A stretch of DNA of 64,000 nucleotides from Bacteroidales bacterium (GTDB lineage: Bacteria > Bacteroidota > Bacteroidia > Bacteroidales > UBA932), in contig JAQVBQ010000007.1 of NCBI GenBank assembly GCA_028690215.1, positions 13,232-77,231 on the forward strand, given 5' to 3'. A program made the position numbers and the translations under genes. Shown in pieces: positions 38,434 to 49,569 of the stretch. Positions within the stretch are counted from its first letter, which is position 1, and each line of letters starts with the position of its first letter. Under the pieces are notes generated by a model. That model was not told the origin of the DNA, made no database searches, and saw only the letters and a program-made list of their open reading frames with translations.

Positions 38434-41400
38434 TTATTTAAGAAGATTCATCTCAGAAAGTATCTTATACGCCTTTTCCACACTATCTACCGGATCAACG
38501 GAAATATATAATTTCTCTTTCTGTTCTTTAAGATGATAACGTTTCGATTGTGTCTGCAGGAATGTGAGGATTCCGGCAAAACGCTCCGATTTGTAATATG
38601 AGGACAACTGATTGCTTACAAAGTAGGCAAGCATGATTCCATTCTTAAGGATAATCTTTTCAAAACCCAATTGTACGGCAATCCTTCTCAATCTGACAGT
38701 ATATGCAAGCTGCTCGACAGGAAGAGGTACAGGGCCGAACCTGTCTTTCATCTCTTCAAGGAATCTCTGAATATCAGCCTCGTCAGAAACTGCATCGAGC
38801 TCTTTATAGAGCCTTATCTTCTCTGCAGTAATACTTACATAGTCGTCCGGTATAAGGATTTCAAGGTCGGTATCGATTGTACAGTCAGTAATATACTCCT
38901 CCCCTGCTTTTGCTTTCCCTCCGGTACTGCTGTATGTTATCCCCTGCTCCTCCCTCAATTCGTTGAAAGCCTCGGCAAGAACCCTCTGATATGTCTCAAA
39001 GCCCATATCACTTATAAAACCGCTCTGTTCTCCTCCCAGAAGATTTCCGGCACCCCTTATGTCAAGGTCCTGCATAGCAATATTGAATCCACTTCCAAGT
39101 TCGGAAAACGACTCAATCGCCTTTAGCCTTCTTCTTGCATCATCAGTTATAGATACAAGAGGTGGAACTATCAGATAGCAGAAAGCTTTCTTGTTGGAAC
39201 GCCCAACCCTTCCCCTGAGCTGGTGAAGATCGCTCAGCCCGAAATTCTGTGCCTGATTTATGATAATTGTATTGGCATTCGGTATATCTATACCGTTTTC
39301 AACAATTGTGGTTGCAACAAATACATCATAATCCCCCTCCATGAAATCGAGAACTATTTTTTCCAATTGACCCGGCTCCATCTGTCCGTGACCAACACAT
39401 GTCTTTACTTCAGGACAAAGCCTTCTTATTATATCCTCAACACTCTTTATATCCTCTACCCTATTGTGGACAAAAAATACCTGACCACCCCTGTCTACTT
39501 CATAATTGATTGCATCCCTTATGATATCTTCATCGAAACTGACAATTTCAGTCTCCACAGGCAGTCTGTTTGGCGGAGGTGTGTTTATAATGGAAAGGTC
39601 CCTTGCCCCTAAGAGAGAAAACTGAAGTGTTCTCGGAATAGGAGTTGCCGAAAGTGTAAGCGTGTCGACATCAAGTTTAAGCTGACGAAGTCTCTCCTTT
39701 GCCGCCACTCCGAATTTCTGTTCCTCATCTATAATCAGCAATCCCAGGTCTTTGAATTTTATCTCTTTATTGAGAAGTCTGTGCGTGCCTATTATTATAT
39801 CAACCTTTCCTTTCTCGAGCTTGCCCGAAATCTCCGATATATCTTTCGTTCCCCTTAACCTGCTTATGTACTCTATTTTACAAGGGAAATCCTTTAGTCT
39901 TCTTGAAAATGTCTTATAGTGCTGAAGTGCAAGAATTGTTGTAGGGACAAGCAGTGCAACCTGTTTGCTGTCTGCAACTGCCTTAAATGCTGCCCTGACA
40001 GCTATTTCCGTTTTGCCGAATCCTACATCGCCGCAAATAAGACGATCCATTGGGAATGGCTGTTCCATATCCTCCTTCACTGCCTTTGTCGCCTTTATCT
40101 GGTCAGGGGTATCTTCATATAAGAAAGAGGCCTCCAGCTCATGTTGCATAAACGAGTCGGCTGAATAGGCAAATCCCCTCGCCTCCCTTCTCTTTGCGTA
40201 GAGCGATATCAGATCTTTTGCAATATCCTTTACTTTGGACTTTGTCTGGGTCTTAAGTTTCTGCCATGCCGCCGTACCCAGTTTGTAAACCTTTGGTGGC
40301 TGTGAGTCCCCAGATTTATATCTTGAAATTCTGTGCAGCCCGTGAATTGAGACAAAAATAACATCCCCGTCCTTATATATAAGCTTGACCGCCTCCTGCT
40401 GCTTTCCGTTAATATTTGTCTTTACCAGACCGCCGAACATGCCTATTCCGTGGTCGATATGTACAATATAGTCTCCTACCTGATAAGAGTTCAGATCGTT
40501 TATCGTAAGCCTCTCACTCTTTTCAACCGAGCGGTTTGCCTTCACCCTGTGATACCTTTCAAATATCTGGTGATCTGTATAGAGGCATATTTTTGCCGTG
40601 TGATCTATAAATCCTTCATGAAGGGAGAAGGACTTAGTCTCAAACCCCACACTCATTGACTCAACAGAAGAGGAGAAGATGTTTTTCAACCTCTCTGTCT
40701 GAGTTGGATTAACACTCAGTATCGATACCTTGTATCCGCTTGCCTGTTTGTCCCTTATATCCTTGGCTAGAAGTTCAAAGTTTTTGTTGAATGTGGGTTG
40801 AGGCACGGTGCGATATGTAATTTTCGCATCATAACCAACTGCCTGAGAGACAGAAGAGAGGTAAATACGTTTATGCTTTTCACATAAACGCATAAACTCT
40901 TCAGGCTTAACCAACAGCCCCTCATACCCTTCAATACTTTCACCATAGAGCTTCTCCGTCTTATCTACAAAGTATTCGTAATCTGTAAACCAAAGAGTAG
41001 ATTTATTATCAGCAAAAGAGAATACATCCGTCAATTCGGACAGTTCGTTACCTTCATATATATTAGGAAAAACGGCTATCTTCTTCCTGTCTTCCACAGA
41101 TCTCTGGGAATCAATGTCAAATACCCTTATGCTTTCTACTGTATCTCCAAAAAAATCCAGCCTGTAGGGCCTGTTGTCAGAAAATGAGAAAAGATCAATC
41201 AAGCTCCCTCTGAGAGCAAACTCTCCGGGTTCCTGAACAAAATCAACCTTTGTAAATGAGTATGCCTGAAGGGTCTCCTTTATAAACTCGTGAGAGAGGG
41301 TATCTCCTTCTGAGATCTCAAGAATTGCAGACTTAAGCTTCTTTTCATTTATTATTTTTTCCGAAAACGCTTCAGGATAACCTACTATGATCACTCTTTT

Positions 41401-41763
41401 TCCCTTACGGTCGCTCTTGTACGAACTGATAGCCCCTATTGCTGCTGTTCTCTGAACCTGGAAAGAGGAGTCCTTATGTCTGTTTTTAAGAGATATGTTT
41501 ACAGAAGAGGGAAAAAAGTATACACTTTCACTATCCAGAAGAGCAGATAAATCTGCGGCACAATAGGCAGCGTCTTCCTTATTGTCGAGGAGCACCATGT
41601 GCACACCCTTTTCCATTGCAGAAGCCATTGCACACGCCTTGGCAGAACAATAAAGTCCCTCTGCAACAAGAGAACCTTTTCCGGAGCTGTGTACCCATTC
41701 AATTAGCTCTCTATTAGGCTCTTGTCCGATAAAATCTACCTCTTCTGCTATGGTGTCTTTCAT
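38434..41763 (-). CDS. mfd: Transcription-repair coupling factor
   Basis: VHIDHGIG, MDRLICGDVGFGKTE, DEEQKFGV, SATPIPRT and QLRGRVGRS. ATG 41763 lies 10 nt past TATCTTTG (41774-41781). Confidence 0.98.
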   Translation of the reverse strand: MKDTIAEEVDFIGQEPNRELIEWVHSSGKGSLVAEGLYCSAKACAMASAMEKGVHMVLLDNKEDAAYCAADLSALLDSESVYFFPSSVNISLKNRHKDSSFQVQRTAAIGAISSYKSDRKGKRVIIVGYPEAFSEKIINEKKLKSAILEISEGDTLSHEFIKETLQAYSFTKVDFVQEPGEFALRGSLIDLFSFSDNRPYRLDFFGDTVESIRVFDIDSQRSVEDRKKIAVFPNIYEGNELSELTDVFSFADNKSTLWFTDYEYFVDKTEKLYGESIEGYEGLLVKPEEFMRLCEKHKRIYLSSVSQAVGYDAKITYRTVPQPTFNKNFELLAKDIRDKQASGYKVSILSVNPTQTERLKNIFSSSVESMSVGFETKSFSLHEGFIDHTAKICLYTDHQIFERYHRVKANRSVEKSERLTINDLNSYQVGDYIVHIDHGIGMFGGLVKTNINGKQQEAVKLIYKDGDVIFVSIHGLHRISRYKSGDSQPPKVYKLGTAAWQKLKTQTKSKVKDIAKDLISLYAKRREARGFAYSADSFMQHELEASFLYEDTPDQIKATKAVKEDMEQPFPMDRLICGDVGFGKTEIAVRAAFKAVADSKQVALLVPTTILALQHYKTFSRRLKDFPCKIEYISRLRGTKDISEISGKLEKGKVDIIIGTHRLLNKEIKFKDLGLLIIDEEQKFGVAAKERLRQLKLDVDTLTLSATPIPRTLQFSLLGARDLSIINTPPPNRLPVETEIVSFDEDIIRDAINYEVDRGGQVFFVHNRVEDIKSVEDIIRRLCPEVKTCVGHGQMEPGQLEKIVLDFMEGDYDVFVATTIVENGIDIPNANTIIINQAQNFGLSDLHQLRGRVGRSNKKAFCYLIVPPLVSITDDARRRLKAIESFSELGSGFNIAMQDLDIRGAGNLLGGEQSGFISDMGFETYQRVLAEAFNELREEQGITYSSTGGKAKAGEEYITDCTIDTDLEILIPDDYVSITAEKIRLYKELDAVSDEADIQRFLEEMKDRFGPVPLPVEQLAYTVRLRRIAVQLGFEKIILKNGIMLAYFVSNQLSSYYKSERFAGILTFLQTQSKRYHLKEQKEKLYISVDPVDSVEKAYKILSEMNLLK

Positions 41764-42201
41764 AAAACGGGGACAAAGATAGTTTATTAACATTAAATAT
41801 TAACAATTGTTAATAACGTAAAATTTATGAGTTGAAAAGTATTCATAAATTATTTTCAAAATTCCCTAAAAATTTTTATACAAGAATAGGTTTGAATTAT
41901 CCTAATTTTCTATTCACAATTTTTCATCGTTTTTTCAATTTTTTATCCACAGGATTCTCTTGTTGAAAGAAAAAACCTGAACTTATAAACAGCTGTTGAA
42001 AACGCGACAAAAAATTATTTAAATATTTATCTTTTATTGTATTGTAAAATTTTGGAATTGTTGGTTACCTGTTCATATTTGTTAATAACTCCATTGTTGA
42101 TGTTAAGAAGTTTAGTTATCAACTTATCAACGTCCCATAATAAAAATCAAAAGTTTTTATAAAAAGAATAATATATATTTGTATTAATAAAGAAAGGAGA
42201 T
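41764..42201. other. Putative chromosomal replication origin (oriC)
   Basis: About 440-bp very AT-rich divergent intergenic region with a perfect DnaA box TTATCCACA (41943-41951) and about ten degenerate boxes. It ends in tandem TTATCAAC boxes, TCCC and an ATAATAAAAAT run. Confidence 0.75.
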
Positions 42202-43224
42202 ATGACAGCTTTCGATCCTCACGAAGAGAGAGAAAACAAAGATAAAGATTTTGACGGTGAGATAAGGCCGCAGGATTTTTCCGAGTTTGCGGGACAGGAG
42301 AAAATTATAGAGAATCTTAAGATTTTCGTAAGAGCTGCCATGCTCCGGGGAGAATCTTTGGATCATGTATTGCTTCATGGTCCTCCGGGATTGGGAAAAA
42401 CCACTCTTGCCCACATTGTTGCAAACGAACTCGGTGTTGGAATGAAAATCACCTCCGGACCGGTTCTGGATAAACCGGGTGATCTTGCAGGCCTTCTGAC
42501 ATCTCTTGACAAAGGAGATGTTCTCTTTATTGACGAGATTCACAGGCTCTCTCCCGTAGTAGAAGAGTATCTATATTCAGCAATGGAGGATTTCACTATA
42601 GACCTTATGATAGACAAGGGTCCGGGCGCAAGATCCGTTCAACTTACTTTAAATCCCTTCACACTTATAGGAGCTACTACAAGGAGCGGTCTACTTACAT
42701 CTCCTCTGAGAGCAAGATTTGGTATTCAGTCGCATCTTGAATATTACGATACTGAAATTCTCTTAAAGATAGTGATAAGAAGTGCCTCAATTCTAAATAT
42801 TCCGATTGATAAAAACGCAGCAAGTGAGATAGCTGGAAGAAGCAGGGGAACACCAAGAATTGCAAATGCTCTTTTGAGAAGGGTAAGGGACTTTGCACAG
42901 GTAAAGGGAAACGGAAAAATTGACCTTGAAATAACCAAGTATGCTCTTGATGCTCTGAATATTGATAAGAGAGGACTTGATCTTATGGACAATAAGATAC
43001 TTACAACAATAATAGATAAATTCAAGGGTGGTCCTGTGGGTATAAGCACTATAGCAACAGCTGTAAGTGAGGATGTAGGAACTTTGGAAGAGGTATATGA
43101 ACCCTTTCTGATAAAAGAGGGATTCATACAAAGAACTCCGAGAGGAAGAGAGGTTACAGATCTTGCATACGAACATTTAAAAATTCCTAGAAACAGAAAA
43201 GGAGACGAAATAACTCTTTTTTAA
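42202..43224 (+). CDS. ruvB: Holliday junction helicase RuvB
   Basis: [34 protein letters not shown] and YEPFL...RTPRGR. Confidence 0.98.
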   Translation: MTAFDPHEERENKDKDFDGEIRPQDFSEFAGQEKIIENLKIFVRAAMLRGESLDHVLLHGPPGLGKTTLAHIVANELGVGMKITSGPVLDKPGDLAGLLTSLDKGDVLFIDEIHRLSPVVEEYLYSAMEDFTIDLMIDKGPGARSVQLTLNPFTLIGATTRSGLLTSPLRARFGIQSHLEYYDTEILLKIVIRSASILNIPIDKNAASEIAGRSRGTPRIANALLRRVRDFAQVKGNGKIDLEITKYALDALNIDKRGLDLMDNKILTTIIDKFKGGPVGISTIATAVSEDVGTLEEVYEPFLIKEGFIQRTPRGREVTDLAYEHLKIPRNRKGDEITLF

Positions 43225-43236
43225 AAATATCTCAAA

Positions 43237-44466
43237 ATGAAGAAAATAGAAATTTGTATTGTTTTTATTGCTCTTATTTTAATTCAAGCTTCTGATTTAA
43301 TGGCTTGTACATCTGCTATAATAACAGGAAAAATGACACCTGACGGAAGGCCTCTATTATGGAAGCACAGAGATACAGGTGAAGACAATAACAGAATTCA
43401 GTTCTTCAAAGGAAAAAAATATGACTTTCTTGGCCTTGTAAATAGTCCGGATCATACTGGCATTGTTTGGGCAGGTACCAATTCGGCCGGTTTCTCAATA
43501 ATTAATACTGCATCCTATAATCTTAAGGATGACGATGTTAAGGAGATGGATATGGAGGGAGTCCTTATGTTTGACGCACTTTCTGAATGTCAGACTCTCG
43601 AGGATTTTGAGAAATTCCTTAATAACAGAAAAAAGCCGCTCAGAGTTGAGGCAAACTTTGGAGTAATTGATGCTCAGGGAGGTGCTGCCTACTATGAGGT
43701 AAATAATCATAAATTCGTGAAGGTGGATGCAAATGATCCCAGAATAGCACCGGAGGGGTATCTTATTTATACAAACTTCTCATATACAGGAAGAAAGGAT
43801 GAAGGAATGGGATACATCAGATACAAGAATGCAACAGATATTATTTCAAAAAGAGCTCCATTTGCCGACATAACACCACAATGGATATTCAATAATCTAT
43901 CAAGATCATTTTACCACTCTTTGCAGGGAATAGATCTGCTAAAACCGGATTTTTCTCCTGAAAGGGCGAGTGGATGGGTTGTAGACCAGGATTTTATTCC
44001 AAGAAAGAGTTCTACTGCCTCTGTTGTCTTTCATGGTGTAAAGAGAGGAGAGAACCCGGAAATGACTACAATGTGGACAGTTCTAGGTTATCCTCCTGCA
44101 GGAATAGCAGTTCCTCTGTGGGTTAAAGGGGGTGAAAACCAGCCTGAGGTTATGGTAAAGACCTCTGAATCAAATAATGCATTTGCCTGTGATAAAGCTC
44201 TTGACCTTAAGTACAAAACTTTCTCTCTTAAAAGGGGAAATGGTGGGAAGTATATGAATTTCAATCTTATATATAACTCAAAAGATGGCGGTTATATGAA
44301 AGATATTCAAAAGGGAGAGAGTGTAATATTTACTATCTACAAGGAAAAAATTGAGAGATGGAGAGTAAGTGGAATCAATCAGCAAGAGCTCCAAGAATCA
44401 AATAAAAATGCCGACGATGTTGTAAAGGCAACATACGCCGGCATATCAAGCTTTCTAAATAACTAA
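43237..44466 (+). CDS. Secreted Ntn-hydrolase (C45/acyltransferase-like)
   Basis: Signal peptide followed by A|CTSAII (N-terminal Cys nucleophile), DGRPLLWKHRD, GTNSAGF and ANFGVIDA.GGAAYYE. Confidence 0.78.
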   Translation: MKKIEICIVFIALILIQASDLMACTSAIITGKMTPDGRPLLWKHRDTGEDNNRIQFFKGKKYDFLGLVNSPDHTGIVWAGTNSAGFSIINTASYNLKDDDVKEMDMEGVLMFDALSECQTLEDFEKFLNNRKKPLRVEANFGVIDAQGGAAYYEVNNHKFVKVDANDPRIAPEGYLIYTNFSYTGRKDEGMGYIRYKNATDIISKRAPFADITPQWIFNNLSRSFYHSLQGIDLLKPDFSPERASGWVVDQDFIPRKSSTASVVFHGVKRGENPEMTTMWTVLGYPPAGIAVPLWVKGGENQPEVMVKTSESNNAFACDKALDLKYKTFSLKRGNGGKYMNFNLIYNSKDGGYMKDIQKGESVIFTIYKEKIERWRVSGINQQELQESNKNADDVVKATYAGISSFLNN

Positions 44467-46658
44467 TCTATTTTCAGATCTGTAAAGACAGCGGTAAATC
44501 CGTCACTTTCACCTGTAACTACTACTCTTACAGCAGAAACGGGCTCTTTAGGTATAATCACTGAAATACCATTGGCGAATTCATCTCCTTTAATGAAGAC
44601 CTTTCCGTCATAGGAGTACTCCACATAACCTTCGGTGATGCCATAGAAATCTATATTAGGGATACCAGTTGATACTGTGATTCTTTTTGTAAATACCGGT
44701 TTATCAAAGATATAGGTAAGATAGTCTCCCTTTTTAAGCCTTTCGGTAGTTCTTGCATAAGAGGCAAAATTGTAGTCCTGCAGGTTGCTTGAAGGAAATT
44801 TAGGCTGGAAAGTCATAGAGCTCTCAATCTTCACTGAAGGCTTTTGGTACTCGTAAGAAACATTGTTTACCATAACGGCCTGACTGATGATTTCATCTTT
44901 GTAGAAAGTTGCAAATCTGTATTTAAAAGGATTGTCAGTATAAATCTCTCCTCTGAAGACAGGCGAGAATTCATCAGGGGTTGTCTCGTCAGAAGTATAT
45001 CTTACAACTGCCCAAGGATAAGGAAGCTCGCTGCGCAGTGCACCGTCTTTGTATGTTATTGTAGGGGGCGGCAACCTGAAGGATATACCCATGTTGTACA
45101 TCCTGCTGTAGTGCTTTCTCTCCAATCGGGTCTTGAAATCGTCCCAATTCCTGAGATCCTGATTTGTCCATCCAATCTCTGCAATTGCAGCAAGTCTGGG
45201 GAATGTCTGATATTCCATAAAGCGTACAGGTTTGTTCAGAAGTTCTGCCCATAAGCCGCCCTGAACACCCAAAATAAGTGAAGATAGGCTGTCCGAAAGG
45301 CTTTTATCTCCTGTAGGATCTAGAGAATATGTCTTTTCAATAGTGACAATTCCTGCCCAGTTATGTCCTCTTTCAACCTCAGATTGTTTCATGTCCAGAT
45401 AGCAGAAAGGACCGGGCTGCATTATTGTAGGCTGTCCTTTAGTAGCAGCTGCAACTCCCTTTTGAACATTCCTCCAGGCATAAACCCTTGTCTCAGGTTT
45501 AAGGTCGCCTCCTTCGATTATCTCTTCCCAGCCTGCCATGTGACGATTGTTTTTCTCTACAATTTTCTCCATTCTTATGACAAAATAGTTGAGAAGCTCA
45601 ACCGACTCCTTCATTCCTTTTTCCTGCATCAGTGCCTGACAATCGGGGCAGTTCTTCCATGCCGAATAATTGACTTCGTCCCCTCCGATATGTATATATT
45701 TTGAAGGGAAAAGTCTTACCAGTTCTTTAATAATGTTTTCAAGCATCTCATAGTTTGGCTCCTTACTTACACACCAGACATTTTTACCCTCTCCCTGAAC
45801 ACTTAGGCTTTCATCTGTTCTCCTGCACAATACGTCGGGATATGTTGCTGTAACAGCCCTGCTGTGTCCAGGCAGGTCGATTTCAGGAATAATCTCGATA
45901 TTTCTCTCTGCTGCGTATGCAACAATTTTTTTAATCTGATCCTGTGTGTAAAAACCGCCGTATCTCTTGTTTCCTGAACCGAAAGATGGGTAAAGCACCT
46001 CTCCTGGGCCCCTCCAGGCTCCTTTAGAAGTAAGTTCAGGGTATTTTTTTATCTCTATCCTCCAGCCGTTATCATCTGCAAGATGCCAGTGAAATTTGTT
46101 GATCTTGTGGTAAGAGAGCCAGTCGATGTATTTTATGATAACATTATAATCAAAGAATGTACGCGACACATCAAGCATCATTCCTCTGTATGAGAACCGC
46201 GGATAATCCTCGATATTTACGAAAGGAACTTTCCAATCCTCCCTGCCGGTAACCCTTCCCGAATAGACCGTCGGGGGTAGTAGTTGCAGGAGAGACTGAA
46301 TTCCGTAGAAAATTCCTGAGCTGTTTTTTGCCTCAATGGTTATTCCCTTTTCATCGACATTCAGCAAATACCCCTCCTCAGGAATATTTAAAGATGGATT
46401 AACCTCAAGTTTTATAAAATTGTCTGCTGGTTGTTTTTTTATTCTTGAAAAAGCAAATCCGGTAGCTTTTGTGAGTCTCTCCTGGATATATTGAGTGTTG
46501 AAATTTCCTTTTTCATTGCAGTAAATTACGCAACTCTTATCCAGTCTGAAGTAACCTTCTCTTATGGTCTCTTTTTGAGGTTTTGGAATAATTCCTGTCT
46601 GTGCGCTTAGTGCAAGGGCAAAAATCATTGTGGTTAACGTGGAAAGTAATCTCTTCAT
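44463..46658 (-). CDS. GH20 beta-N-acetylhexosaminidase with C-terminal accessory domains
   Basis: DYPRFSYRGMMLDVSR, HWHLADD.GWR, PEIDLPGH and catalytic HIGGDE. Confidence 0.93.
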   Translation of the reverse strand: MKRLLSTLTTMIFALALSAQTGIIPKPQKETIREGYFRLDKSCVIYCNEKGNFNTQYIQERLTKATGFAFSRIKKQPADNFIKLEVNPSLNIPEEGYLLNVDEKGITIEAKNSSGIFYGIQSLLQLLPPTVYSGRVTGREDWKVPFVNIEDYPRFSYRGMMLDVSRTFFDYNVIIKYIDWLSYHKINKFHWHLADDNGWRIEIKKYPELTSKGAWRGPGEVLYPSFGSGNKRYGGFYTQDQIKKIVAYAAERNIEIIPEIDLPGHSRAVTATYPDVLCRRTDESLSVQGEGKNVWCVSKEPNYEMLENIIKELVRLFPSKYIHIGGDEVNYSAWKNCPDCQALMQEKGMKESVELLNYFVIRMEKIVEKNNRHMAGWEEIIEGGDLKPETRVYAWRNVQKGVAAATKGQPTIMQPGPFCYLDMKQSEVERGHNWAGIVTIEKTYSLDPTGDKSLSDSLSSLILGVQGGLWAELLNKPVRFMEYQTFPRLAAIAEIGWTNQDLRNWDDFKTRLERKHYSRMYNMGISFRLPPPTITYKDGALRSELPYPWAVVRYTSDETTPDEFSPVFRGEIYTDNPFKYRFATFYKDEIISQAVMVNNVSYEYQKPSVKIESSMTFQPKFPSSNLQDYNFASYARTTERLKKGDYLTYIFDKPVFTKRITVSTGIPNIDFYGITEGYVEYSYDGKVFIKGDEFANGISVIIPKEPVSAVRVVVTGESDGFTAVFTDLKID

Positions 46659-46765
46659 TTCTTAGGGGATTAATGTTGTTGTTAAATATTAAATAAAAAA
46701 TTGTCATTCAGATAAATAACCCGTCTGACCATACTGACCGTAAAGGTACAAATTTTGATATATAA

Positions 46766-46796
46766 TTTGTTATCTACTTTAATATGTCTACTTTTG
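46766..46796 (+). promoter_or_regulatory. Consensus Bacteroidetes sigma-70 promoter for frdA/sdhA
   Basis: TTTG (46766-46769), 19-nt spacer, TACTTTTG (46789-46796). Confidence 0.75.
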
Positions 46797-46819
46797 TGGA
46801 CTTTTTAAAATGGTAGAAA

Positions 46820-48766
46820 ATGTCCGAAAAACTAATTTCAAAAATTCCGGAAGGGCCGTTGTCCGAAAAGTGGACAGAGCATAAGGCACATATTAAAGTT
46901 GTCAGCCCTGCAAACAAAAGAAAATTAGAGATTATTGTTATTGGAACCGGTCTTGGCGGAGCTTCTGCAGCTGCAGCTCTCGGAGAGTTAGGTTACAATG
47001 TTAAAGTTTTCTGCATCAGTGATTCACCCAGAAGAGCCCACTCAATAGCAGCTCAGGGAGGTATCAATGCAGCAAAGAACTATCCTAATGACAACGACTC
47101 TATATATCGTCTCTTTTATGACACCATAAAAGGTGGAGACTATAGGAGCAGAGAGGCAAACGTATATCGTCTTGCAGAGGTAAGTAATCTTATCATTGAT
47201 CAATGTGTGGCTCAGGGAGTTCCCTTTGCCAGAGAATACAGCGGAATGTTGGATAACCGTTCATTCGGAGGAGCTCAGGTGAGTAGGACATTCTATGCAA
47301 GAGGACAGACCGGACAGCAGCTTCTTTTAGGAGCTTATGCCGCGCTGAACCGTCAGATACACCTTGGAACCGTTAAATCATACAACAGACATGAGATGTT
47401 GGATCTTGTAATGATCAACGGCGAGGCTAAGGGTATTATTGCAAGAAACCTCGAGACAGGAGAGATTGAGAGACATGGAGCTCACGCAGTTGTTTTGGCA
47501 TCAGGAGGTTACGGTAACGTATTCTTCCTTTCTACCAACGCTATGAACAGTAATGGATCTGCCGCATGGCAATGTTATAAGAAGGGAGCGTTTTTCGCAA
47601 ACCCTGCCTTTGCACAGATTCACCCAACATGTATACCCGTTCACGGAGACCAGCAGAGTAAGCTGACACTTATGAGTGAGTCGCTCAGAAACGATGGAAG
47701 GATCTGGGTCCCTAAGAAACTGGAAGATGTTAAGAAGCTAAGGGAGAAAAAGATAAAAGCATCACAGATTCCTGAAGAGGATAGAGATTATTATCTCGAG
47801 CGCAGGTATCCTGCTTTCGGTAACCTTGTACCTCGTGACGTTGCTTCAAGGGCTGCCAAAGAGAGATGCGACGCCGGTTATGGTGTAAATGAAACCGGTC
47901 TTGCAGTATTCCTTGATTTCAAGACAGCAATTCAAAGACTTGGCGAGCATGTTATAACTGAGAGATATGGCAATCTTTTCCAGATGTATGAAAAGATAAC
48001 AGACGTTAATCCATACCAGGAGCCAATGATGATTTTCCCTGCAATCCACTACACAATGGGTGGTATATGGGTAGATTACAATCTCCAGACAACAATACCT
48101 GGCCTCTATGCAATTGGAGAGGCTAACTTCAGTGACCATGGAGGAAACCGTTTAGGTGCTTCTGCTCTCATGCAGGGACTTGCTGACGGATATTTTATCC
48201 TTCCATACACAATCGGAGATTTCCTTGCTTCAAAGATTCAGGTTCCAAAGACAGATATCAATGATCCTGCCTTTGCAGAAGCAGAAAAGAAGGTTAAGGA
48301 GAAAGTTGACAAACTTCTATCAATAAAAGGCAAACAGCCGGTTGATTACTATCACAAGAAGCTGGGCCACATTATGTGGGAGTATGTAGGTATGGCCAGA
48401 AATGAAGAGGGTCTTAAAAAGGCAATCGAGCAGATAAAAGCCCTTCGTAAAGAGTTCTGGAAAGATGTATTTGTTCCGGGTGATAAGGCAGAGTTCAATC
48501 AGGAGCTCGAGAAGGCCTTAAAAGTTGCCGATTTTATGGAAATAGGCGAGCTTATGGCCCTTGATGCTTTAAATAGAAAAGAGTCCTGCGGCGGTCACTT
48601 CCGTGAAGAGATGCAGACACCTGACGGTGAAACTCTTCGTGACGACCAGAACTATATGTATGTCGGTGCATGGGAATATACCGGGGACGATAAAGAGCCA
48701 AACATGCATAAAGAAAATCTAAAATACGAGTTTGTAAAACTTGCAACCAGGAACTATAAAGATTAA
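46820..48766 (+). CDS. frdA: Fumarate reductase/succinate dehydrogenase flavoprotein subunit
   Basis: [20 protein letters not shown] (FAD His), [26 protein letters not shown] and ESCGGHFR. Confidence 0.95.
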   Translation: MSEKLISKIPEGPLSEKWTEHKAHIKVVSPANKRKLEIIVIGTGLGGASAAAALGELGYNVKVFCISDSPRRAHSIAAQGGINAAKNYPNDNDSIYRLFYDTIKGGDYRSREANVYRLAEVSNLIIDQCVAQGVPFAREYSGMLDNRSFGGAQVSRTFYARGQTGQQLLLGAYAALNRQIHLGTVKSYNRHEMLDLVMINGEAKGIIARNLETGEIERHGAHAVVLASGGYGNVFFLSTNAMNSNGSAAWQCYKKGAFFANPAFAQIHPTCIPVHGDQQSKLTLMSESLRNDGRIWVPKKLEDVKKLREKKIKASQIPEEDRDYYLERRYPAFGNLVPRDVASRAAKERCDAGYGVNETGLAVFLDFKTAIQRLGEHVITERYGNLFQMYEKITDVNPYQEPMMIFPAIHYTMGGIWVDYNLQTTIPGLYAIGEANFSDHGGNRLGASALMQGLADGYFILPYTIGDFLASKIQVPKTDINDPAFAEAEKKVKEKVDKLLSIKGKQPVDYYHKKLGHIMWEYVGMARNEEGLKKAIEQIKALRKEFWKDVFVPGDKAEFNQELEKALKVADFMEIGELMALDALNRKESCGGHFREEMQTPDGETLRDDQNYMYVGAWEYTGDDKEPNMHKENLKYEFVKLATRNYKD

Positions 48767-48780
48767 GAAACTTTTTCATT

Positions 48781-49560
48781 ATGAATTTAACATTAAAAGT
48801 ATGGCGTCAGAAAAACGCTAAAGATAAAGGTCATTTTGAAACATATAAGGTAAATGACATATCTCCTGACTCTTCGTTTCTTGAGATGCTGGATATTCTT
48901 AATGACCAGCTTATAAGAGAGGGAATTGATCCTGTTGCAGTAAACAAAGGCTGCAAGAGCAGTGGTCCTGTTGCATTTGATCATGATTGTCGTGAGGGTA
49001 TCTGCGGTATGTGTTCTCTCTACATTAACGGTAGAGCACACGGCCCGGAAAATGAAATCACAACCTGCCAGCTCCATATGCGCAAGTTTAAAGATGGAGA
49101 CACTATTACAATAGAACCTTGGAGATCTGCAGCAATGCCGGTAATCAAAGACCTGGTAGTGAACAGGAATGCTTTCGACCAGATTCTTCAGGCCGGAGGT
49201 TACACATCTGCAAGTACTGGTGGTGTTCCCGATGCAAATGCCATTCTTATACCAAAAGAGAAGGCAGATGAGAGCATGGATGCTGCTTCATGTATAGGTT
49301 GCGGAGCATGTGTTGCAACTTGTAAGAACGGTTCAGCAATGCTGTTTGTCTCTGCAAGGGTAAGCTCTCTTGCACTTCTTCCTCAAGGTAGGGTAGAGGG
49401 TGCCAGAAGGGCCAAAGCAATGGTTGCAAAGATGGATGAACTTGGATTCGGAGCTTGTACCAACACTCGTGCATGCGAGATGGAGTGTCCTAAGAACATC
49501 TCTGTTACGCATATTGCAAGGATGAACAGGGAATTCCTGCTGGCAAAGATTAAAGACTAA
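48781..49560 (+). CDS. frdB: Fumarate reductase/succinate dehydrogenase iron-sulfur subunit
   Basis: [21 protein letters not shown] and [12 protein letters not shown]. Confidence 0.95.
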   Translation: MNLTLKVWRQKNAKDKGHFETYKVNDISPDSSFLEMLDILNDQLIREGIDPVAVNKGCKSSGPVAFDHDCREGICGMCSLYINGRAHGPENEITTCQLHMRKFKDGDTITIEPWRSAAMPVIKDLVVNRNAFDQILQAGGYTSASTGGVPDANAILIPKEKADESMDAASCIGCGACVATCKNGSAMLFVSARVSSLALLPQGRVEGARRAKAMVAKMDELGFGACTNTRACEMECPKNISVTHIARMNREFLLAKIKD

Positions 49561-49569
49561 AAAATAGGG

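Noticed and set aside
42190-42201. Shine-Dalgarno-like AAGGAG before ruvB
   Set aside because: Only 2 nt from the ATG, too close for a functional SD, and this phylum largely does not use SD pairing.
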